From Gemmatimonadales bacterium (GTDB lineage: Bacteria > Gemmatimonadota > Gemmatimonadetes > Gemmatimonadales > GWC2-71-9): a stretch of 18,641 nt of DNA. The number at the start of each line of letters is the position of its first letter. The stretch's first letter is position 1. The position numbers were made by a program, and so were the translations under genes. Location: assembly GCA_041615815.1 (NCBI GenBank), contig JBFJCP010000050.1, positions 1 through 18,641 of the forward strand, given 5' to 3'. Below, in pieces: positions 8,571 to 14,596 of the stretch. The notes under the pieces are model-generated. The model made no database searches. It saw only the letters and a list, made by a program, of their open reading frames with translations, and was not told the origin of the DNA.

Positions 8571-8598
8571 ATTGTATGTGAGATCTGACCTGCGTCAG
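8571..8598 (-). promoter_or_regulatory. Putative sigma70-type promoter of the OmpA-domain gene, with a palindrome over the -35 box
   Basis: Minus strand CTGACG, 16-nt spacer, TACAAT. The palindrome CTGAC-N4-GTCAG lies at 8585-8598. Confidence 0.35.
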
Positions 8599-8775
8599 GA
8601 GCGTTGCCGATCCTCGGCCGGCAAGCGGAAGACGCCCACGCCGTTGTCCACGCGGACAGGGATAAGGTTGGATTTATCGAGGGCCGGCGTCTTTGTAAAG
8701 TCCTGCAGCGGCAGTCCTTCACGAAACTCCGGCCCGGCGGTAGGTGAAAGAACGCCAAGCGGGGAGACGGGGGCT

Positions 8776-8816
8776 GGGAGTCGGGTTCCTGATTACTCAC
8801 CCGGAACCCGACACCC
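8776..8816 (-). terminator. Hairpin immediately downstream of the permease stop, built from 7-bp repeats
   Basis: GGGAGTCGGGTTCC (8776-8789) pairs with GGAACCCGACACCC (8803-8816) at 13 of 14 positions, starting 6 nt after the TAA stop at 8823-8825. Confidence 0.55.
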
Positions 8817-8822
8817 GATTCG

Positions 8823-11243
8823 TTACTCGTACTTCAACGCAATCACCGGATCCACCCGCGTGGCGCGCCTGGCTGGAATGAACGATGCCAAGAGGCCCGT
8901 ACCGGCAAGCACCACGATGATCGCGAGGAACGTCGTCGGATCCAGTGGCTCCACGCCAAACAGGAGAATGTCCATGCCCCGCGACAGCAGGACGGCGAGC
9001 CCGAGCCCCAGCACCAATCCGATGCTCAGCTGTACGACCCCTTGCTTCACGATCAATCGCAGCACGTCGGGACCTTGCGCGCCCAGAGCCATCCGGACGC
9101 CCATCTCCTTGGTGCGCTGACTCACCGAGAACGCCATGACACCGTAGAGACCCACCGACGCCAGGAACAGCGCCACGCCTCCAAAGATCATGAAGATCGT
9201 GCCGAACACCCGTATAAACCACGTTCCCTGGTTGATCCATCCTTCCAAGGAGTCGATGAAGTAGATCGGCATGTTGTCGTCGACGGACGCGACGATGTCG
9301 CGAACATCACTGGTGATCGCCAACGGGCTCCCGGCCGTCTTGATCGCGATCCCCACCCACTCGTCCGGATTCTGATGGAACGGAACGTACAGACCTTCCG
9401 GTTCTTCGTTTTCCGGCCCGTCGAGATACATGTCCGGAGCAACGCCCACGATGGTCAGCCAGGGCTCCTCACTCTTCGAGTCCCCCAGCCGTACGCGGCG
9501 GCCGAGCGGACTCTCGTTGCCGAAATGCGTCCTCGCAAAGCTCTCATTGACGATGGCCACCGGCAGACTCTGCACATTGTCCTGTCGCGAGAAGTTCCGA
9601 CCTTGGCGCAAGGTCACACCGAAGGTTTCGAAATATCCGGGCGTGATCCGGACCCAGCGTGTCTCCGGATAGTCTTGATCGCGCTCATAGACTTCACCTT
9701 CCACCGCGAGTCGCGACCCCATGCTGCCGAGACCCGGGAACGTTCTCGCGAGCGCCACGTTCTCGGCACCATAGCGAGTCTGAAGTCGTGGCTCGAGCGC
9801 ATCGTAGAACTGAAGTTGCGAGAGACTGTCGGGATAGTCCGCCACGGGGAGCCCCAAGCGGGCCGTGAACACATTCTCGGTGGCAAACCCGAATGGGATG
9901 TTCGCGGCATTCATCACGCTCTTGATCATGAGGCCCGCGGACACGAGGAGCCCAAACGAAAGGGCGAGCTCGGCCACGACCAGCGCCTTGCTCAGTTTCC
10001 CGATGCGGAGGCTCGAGGAGCCTCGATTCTCGTCTTTGAGCACGTCGTTGACGTTGGTACCGGAGGCCTTGAGGGCCGGCATGATCCCCGCAACGAGGCT
10101 CGACACGATCACCAAGGCCAACACGAAGATCAGCGCCGCCGGATCGATCTTGATGTCGATCCAGAACGGCGGGTTGGCGTCTACGATGGCTCGGTTGAAC
10201 ATCGCGACGCCGATCCAACCCACTCCAAGACCCAGCACACCACCCACGGCGGCGATGGCAAACGCTTCAGACAGGAGCTGGAAGACGACGCGGCTTCGGC
10301 TCGCGCCCAACGCCGATCGGATCGCCACCTCTTTGGTGCGGATCGCCGCCCGCGACAATAGCAGGTTGGCCACGTTGGCACAGGCGATGAGCAGCACGAG
10401 GAATACGGCGATCAGCATGAAGTGAAGCAGTTGCACCGGTTCGTCGCCGATGAATTCCTTGGTGTACGGCTGGATGATGACGCCGATCCCCTCATTGGTT
10501 TCGGGGTACTCGAGTGCCAGGCGTTGAGCGATGGCACTGAACTCGGCGTACGCTTGCTCCGTGCCCACGTTGTCTTTGAGCCGGCCGAAGACCTCGAGGG
10601 TGATCCCCTCGCCTCGCTCGATCTCGAGCGGGTTCATGCGAAGCGGCGTCCAGAGATGGTTGTCGATAGGAAACTCGAAGCCCTCCGGCATCACCCCCGC
10701 CACCGTCATCGTCTCGCCATTGAGCCTGACCGTTCGTCCCACGACGTCGAGCGCACCGCCGTACCGGTCACGCCACACGTTGTACCCCAAGAGAATCACC
10801 GGCTCGGCGTTGGGACTGTCGTCGGCCTCCGTGAAGCCGCGGCCCATCATCGGCCGCACACCCAGAACGTCCAGGAAATTCGCGCTGATGAAGGTGCCCG
10901 TGTACCGCTCCGGCCGGTCCTCGGCGTCCGCCAGATATGACGACCGCATGTAAAACGCGGAGATGTCCTCGAAGGACTTCTGCTGGGCGCGCCAGTCCAG
11001 GAAGTCGTGGAGCGTCACCTCCATGCTCTCGATGTCCTCCGGGAGGTTGTTGCGCTCCAGGTGCATCAGCTCCCTGGGCTCTTCGAACGGAAGACCCCGA
11101 TAGAGCGCCCCATAGACGATGCTGAACATGGTGGTGGTGAGCCCAATGCCCAGTGCGAAGGCCAGGACGGCGATCACAGCGATGCCCGGGTTCTTGACGA
11201 GCATGCGTAAGCCGTACTTGAAGTCCTTCAGGATGTTCTCCAT
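8823..11243 (-). CDS. ABC transporter permease, duplicated MacB-periplasmic/FtsX type (ADOP-like orphan permease)
   Basis: 806 aa from ATG 11243 ('MENILKDFKYGLRMLVKNPG...ALGIGLTTTMFS'). Motifs 'VLLIACANVANLLL...KEVAIRSALGASR' and 'GLYGVMAFSVSQRTKEMGVRMALGA', and the ending 'IPARRATRVDPVIALKYE'. No ATPase gene adjacent. Confidence 0.95.
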   Translation of the reverse strand: MENILKDFKYGLRMLVKNPGIAVIAVLAFALGIGLTTTMFSIVYGALYRGLPFEEPRELMHLERNNLPEDIESMEVTLHDFLDWRAQQKSFEDISAFYMRSSYLADAEDRPERYTGTFISANFLDVLGVRPMMGRGFTEADDSPNAEPVILLGYNVWRDRYGGALDVVGRTVRLNGETMTVAGVMPEGFEFPIDNHLWTPLRMNPLEIERGEGITLEVFGRLKDNVGTEQAYAEFSAIAQRLALEYPETNEGIGVIIQPYTKEFIGDEPVQLLHFMLIAVFLVLLIACANVANLLLSRAAIRTKEVAIRSALGASRSRVVFQLLSEAFAIAAVGGVLGLGVGWIGVAMFNRAIVDANPPFWIDIKIDPAALIFVLALVIVSSLVAGIMPALKASGTNVNDVLKDENRGSSSLRIGKLSKALVVAELALSFGLLVSAGLMIKSVMNAANIPFGFATENVFTARLGLPVADYPDSLSQLQFYDALEPRLQTRYGAENVALARTFPGLGSMGSRLAVEGEVYERDQDYPETRWVRITPGYFETFGVTLRQGRNFSRQDNVQSLPVAIVNESFARTHFGNESPLGRRVRLGDSKSEEPWLTIVGVAPDMYLDGPENEEPEGLYVPFHQNPDEWVGIAIKTAGSPLAITSDVRDIVASVDDNMPIYFIDSLEGWINQGTWFIRVFGTIFMIFGGVALFLASVGLYGVMAFSVSQRTKEMGVRMALGAQGPDVLRLIVKQGVVQLSIGLVLGLGLAVLLSRGMDILLFGVEPLDPTTFLAIIVVLAGTGLLASFIPARRATRVDPVIALKYE

Positions 11244-11328
11244 AGATCCCCGGCTGGAGGGTATGTCCTTTCGAATCAACTACTTGAGGGTACTCGCGCG
11301 GTCCACGGCGATGCTCAATGTATGACTC

Positions 11329-11355
11329 TACGCTGGGAGGGTGGGGGCGGTTTCA
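11329..11355 (-). promoter_or_regulatory. Putative ECF-sigma promoter for the permease
   Basis: Minus strand TGAAAC (11355-11350), 17-nt spacer, CGTA (11332-11329); about 85 nt upstream of the ATG. Fits the AAC / CGT consensus of SigW/SigM-type ECF promoters. Confidence 0.55.
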
Positions 11356-11536
11356 GCTGCAGGCGGCAGCAAAGGGTGGAAGGTAGAGGGGTTACGGACG
11401 GCGCAACGGCAACGGGCGACGGAAAACCCAAAAACGCCAAGCGGAGCAAATCAGCAACGATCCGCCGGGAAGAGAAGGACCTAGAGGGAAACGCAGCAGG
11501 CAGATTGCAGCGTGCATAATGAGACGACCGATGCGC

Positions 11537-12583
11537 TCACTCCGCGTCCAGCGGCACCTCGAGCGCCACGCCCGGTACGCGGATCCCACCTCGATTCCCG
11601 GGCTCGATGCTCCCGTAGCGTTCGGCGAAGACCGGTGGTAGGGGGCGTCCGTTCGGGGGCGAGAGCCACAGCCGCAGCAAGTGCCGCTTCCGTTCCGGCT
11701 CCGGGTAGTCCTCGTACGCGGTTCGAGCGTGCAGAATCTGGTGGTTGTGGAGGAACTGCATGTCGCCCGGTCTGAGGTTCATATCGAGACGGACGTCGTC
11801 GCGGGCCGCGAGCGCGTCCAACATATCCAACGCCTCGATCTGACGGCGAGAGAGCCGCGGCACCTCGGCAAAGCGTTGGGCCGCCTCGATGAAGTCACGG
11901 GCGTAAATGGTGGTGAGATGCCCTGCAAAATGGTGGAAGACCGCCATTCGATAATGCGGCCCCTTCCCCTCCGGGATCTCGCCTTTGCGGTCTACGATGA
12001 AAGGTTGTTCGAGCACCTCGACAACGTCTGGACGCTCTCGCCGTAGCTCATGATAGATGGTCACCGAGCTGGCGATGCTCGAGAGGCCTCCTCGCTTGGC
12101 AGTCTTGAGACAAAGCAACCCCACGATGTCACAGGAGTCGGTGTGATAGCGGTGCCGCGCGTTGGTGGCGTAGATCCGGTGACTCGGGTTCGTGGGATCG
12201 AGACCGATGTCCCGCACGTGCCCCAGCAGATGGCCCTTGGCGTTCTGGGAGACTGGGCGACCAAAGTGGAGACCGATTGCCCAGTACGCGATGGCTGCCT
12301 CTTCCTTGGTGTACCGCTCCACCGGAAGTCCACGTAACAGCACGAATCCCCTTCGCTCGACCACCTCGTCTCGCATGGATTCGAGAACGGGGCTCAGTTC
12401 GCCAAGGTCCACATCGTACCTGTCGATTTTCTGGATCGCGAGACCGCGCATACCGAGACGCATGACCGTATCCTCGATTGCCGAGATCTCGGTAGGGGAA
12501 AACTCGTGAATCCATTCCCTCGAATGCGCGACATCGCGTCCATACCACGCGGCAGGGTGGATCAGTGGAAAGTGAATACTCAT
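11537..12583 (-). CDS. TauD/TfdA-family Fe(II)/2-oxoglutarate-dependent dioxygenase
   Basis: 348 aa. Motifs 'GFVLLRGLP', HxD in 'YHTDSCD', distal His in 'LHNHQILHART' and the 2-OG-binding Arg in 'RHLLRLWL'. Confidence 0.93.
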   Translation of the reverse strand: MSIHFPLIHPAAWYGRDVAHSREWIHEFSPTEISAIEDTVMRLGMRGLAIQKIDRYDVDLGELSPVLESMRDEVVERRGFVLLRGLPVERYTKEEAAIAYWAIGLHFGRPVSQNAKGHLLGHVRDIGLDPTNPSHRIYATNARHRYHTDSCDIVGLLCLKTAKRGGLSSIASSVTIYHELRRERPDVVEVLEQPFIVDRKGEIPEGKGPHYRMAVFHHFAGHLTTIYARDFIEAAQRFAEVPRLSRRQIEALDMLDALAARDDVRLDMNLRPGDMQFLHNHQILHARTAYEDYPEPERKRHLLRLWLSPPNGRPLPPVFAERYGSIEPGNRGGIRVPGVALEVPLDAE

Positions 12584-12658
12584 AGGAATAAGATGATGTC
12601 TCTCAGAGGCACGGGAAAGTCGTGGACCGGGTATCGGTAGGCCAAACGCGTTGGGGCC

Positions 12659-13381
12659 TCATCCATCCGCGGGATCGGGCTCCTTGAGCAGCCGTCGCAG
12701 TCGGGCGAGTGAGAAGGCAACGAGGCCCAACGCGGCCACGGCGACGAGCACCACCAGGACCGGCCGACGATCGAGAAACAATCTGCCCATATAGACGATG
12801 CCGACGGCGTACGGCAGGGTGCCGAGGGCGAGCGCTGCGGTGAAGAGCAGCAGGGGGTACCGCAGCGTTCCCAAGACGTACCCGGGAATCTCGGACTGCA
12901 GCGCCAGTTGAAGCGCGAGCACGGCTCCAAAGGACGCGCGACGGGCGAGCCGCGATCCCCAGTACGAGAGACGTTCCACACCCACGAGGGCTTTCGTCGC
13001 CGGCCGGCCGAGCCCTCGGCCGATGCCATACGCACCAAGACCGCCTATGATGGCTCCACCCCAGTGGAGCAGCAACGTGATCCAGCCACCCCACAGGTGG
13101 ACGGCGGCAGGCGCCAATACGGCGGTGGAGAAGAACGAGAGCATCGCCGACATGGCGGTGAGGAGGACGTAGACCGCCGCGGCGAGGAGGGGGTTGACGG
13201 CGACCAGCGACTCCAAGTTCCCGAGAAGGGCGAACACGACGTCGTACAGCACGTCGGAGAGGGCCACCAACGTCGCCAATGCCGCGAGCGCGAGGAGACC
13301 CGCCAGTCGCCGGCGGCCCTGAAGTTCGTCGGGGCTGATCGCGGGTTTCGGTGCCCCAGCCTCCGCCGTCTCCTCTACCAT
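12659..13381 (-). CDS. DedA superfamily / TVP38-TMEM64 (VTT-domain) membrane protein
   Basis: 240 aa from ATG 13381 with RBS GAGGAGG. Hydrophobic helices, 'G...G...AYGIGRGLGR' and 'GYVLG.LRYP...F..ALALG.LPY' are typical of the VTT/SNARE-associated domain. Confidence 0.8.
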   Translation of the reverse strand: MVEETAEAGAPKPAISPDELQGRRRLAGLLALAALATLVALSDVLYDVVFALLGNLESLVAVNPLLAAAVYVLLTAMSAMLSFFSTAVLAPAAVHLWGGWITLLLHWGGAIIGGLGAYGIGRGLGRPATKALVGVERLSYWGSRLARRASFGAVLALQLALQSEIPGYVLGTLRYPLLLFTAALALGTLPYAVGIVYMGRLFLDRRPVLVVLVAVAALGLVAFSLARLRRLLKEPDPADG

Positions 13382-13521
13382 TGCTGTACGCCCTCCTCGA
13401 GTCATACGACGCCCCGGCGCGGAGCCCTTCATGTGTGGAGAACTATAACGGGACTTCCTTCCAACGGGTGCACCGTTCATGATTACCGCCCACCGACCCC
13501 GCTGGAGCGGGCTGACGTTTC

Positions 13522-14373
13522 ATGATCAAATCGTCGGGTGCATTTCTCTTGGTTTTCGCCCTGGCTGCCGCTTGCTTGCTGTTGGGCAGCTTCCCCATCC
13601 TGGCCGCAGTGGGTCTACTCGAAACGGAGGGTTCCATCGAGCCCCTAGGCCGCGTCGTGGCTTTTTTGTTCGGCACGGTATTCGTCGGCTTTGGGATTGG
13701 GCTCGTGGCGCTGCCGGTGCGTTCTTTCGCGCGGGCGCGGGGGGTGCACACGGTGCGCGAAATCGCTGCGCTCGCGAGACGGCAGCTCGTGCAGCGCATC
13801 GACAGCCGCTCCGTGTTGGCCGCGTTCGGCGTGGGTGTGCTAGGGCTCGCCTATTGGCTCAGCACTGCGGGCATGCAGCTCCCACTGGTGGACGCCGACA
13901 CGCTGGTCGCGATCATCGTCCTGGAGTTCCTGGTCGTGAACGGCTTTCCGTTCCTCGTGTTGGGACTGAGCTTCCTCCGTGGCGGGGGCGTGATCAGGTT
14001 CATTGCCGTCGTCATCTTGGCGGTGGTCCTGACAAACCTCGGTGTCCTCTCCTGGGTCTACGGCGGTGGGCTCGAAGGTCTCGCCTGGCTTCTGTATCTC
14101 CTTCTCCCCAACGCCATCGCCTTTGTGGGTACGACCCCGGAGCGAGGTGTACGGGCGCTCGCGTTGACACGGTGGGTCATCAAGTTCTCGGTGTTCATGG
14201 TGATGGCCGGGACGGTGGGCGACGGCTCGTTGGAGGGTCCGAACGCCTTGTCGCTCGGTGCCGCGTACTTCACCGTCCTCGCCGCCATCGAGCTTTTCCG
14301 AGGCTTCGAGATTCCGATCGATCTGGCGCATGCGTTGGGAGACGGAGATCAGGCGTTAGGGGTTAGGAGCTAG
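13522..14373 (+). CDS. Hypothetical polytopic membrane protein
   Basis: 283 aa with about 8-9 hydrophobic segments; divergent from the VTT gene. No family recognised. Confidence 0.8.
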   Translation: MIKSSGAFLLVFALAAACLLLGSFPILAAVGLLETEGSIEPLGRVVAFLFGTVFVGFGIGLVALPVRSFARARGVHTVREIAALARRQLVQRIDSRSVLAAFGVGVLGLAYWLSTAGMQLPLVDADTLVAIIVLEFLVVNGFPFLVLGLSFLRGGGVIRFIAVVILAVVLTNLGVLSWVYGGGLEGLAWLLYLLLPNAIAFVGTTPERGVRALALTRWVIKFSVFMVMAGTVGDGSLEGPNALSLGAAYFTVLAAIELFRGFEIPIDLAHALGDGDQALGVRS

Positions 14374-14440
14374 GATACCACTCCGCCTCTACCGCCTCTT
14401 GCTCAATCCAACACCAGATCTCCCGCCTCACGCCGTCCGG

Positions 14441-14469
14441 TTGCCGACCCCTGCACCCACGGATATGTT
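14441..14469 (+). promoter_or_regulatory. Putative sigma70-type promoter of the large lipoprotein gene
   Basis: TTGCCG (14441-14446), 17-nt spacer, TATGTT (14464-14469). Confidence 0.5.
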
Positions 14470-14596
14470 CGCTGACGGTCCCGACCGGGACCGAGCACCC
14501 GGCGTCGCCGGATCAGAGACTCTTCCAGGGTTACGCGCCCCCCCTTTGGCGTCCCTGGCCGACGAACGGCCCTCTCCTCCACTTCGGTCACACCGA

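Noticed and set aside
8477..8822. Known riboswitch or ncRNA (c-di-GMP-I, SAM-I, ZTP, SRP, 6S) or a small ORF in this spacer
   Set aside because: Only isolated short matches were seen; the conserved cores are not present in the right order. The small ORFs lack an RBS and recognisable motifs.
9042..10940. Long plus-strand ORFs (439, 186 and 172 aa) opposite the permease
   Set aside because: Typical antisense shadows in GC-rich coding DNA.
14538..14544. C7 homopolymer as a phase-variation tract
   Set aside because: Too short, unremarkable at this GC content, and outside the likely CDS and promoter spacer.
14465..14596. In-frame upstream ATG 14465 for the lipoprotein
   Set aside because: It lies inside the predicted -10 box and would place the lipobox more than 75 residues from the start.
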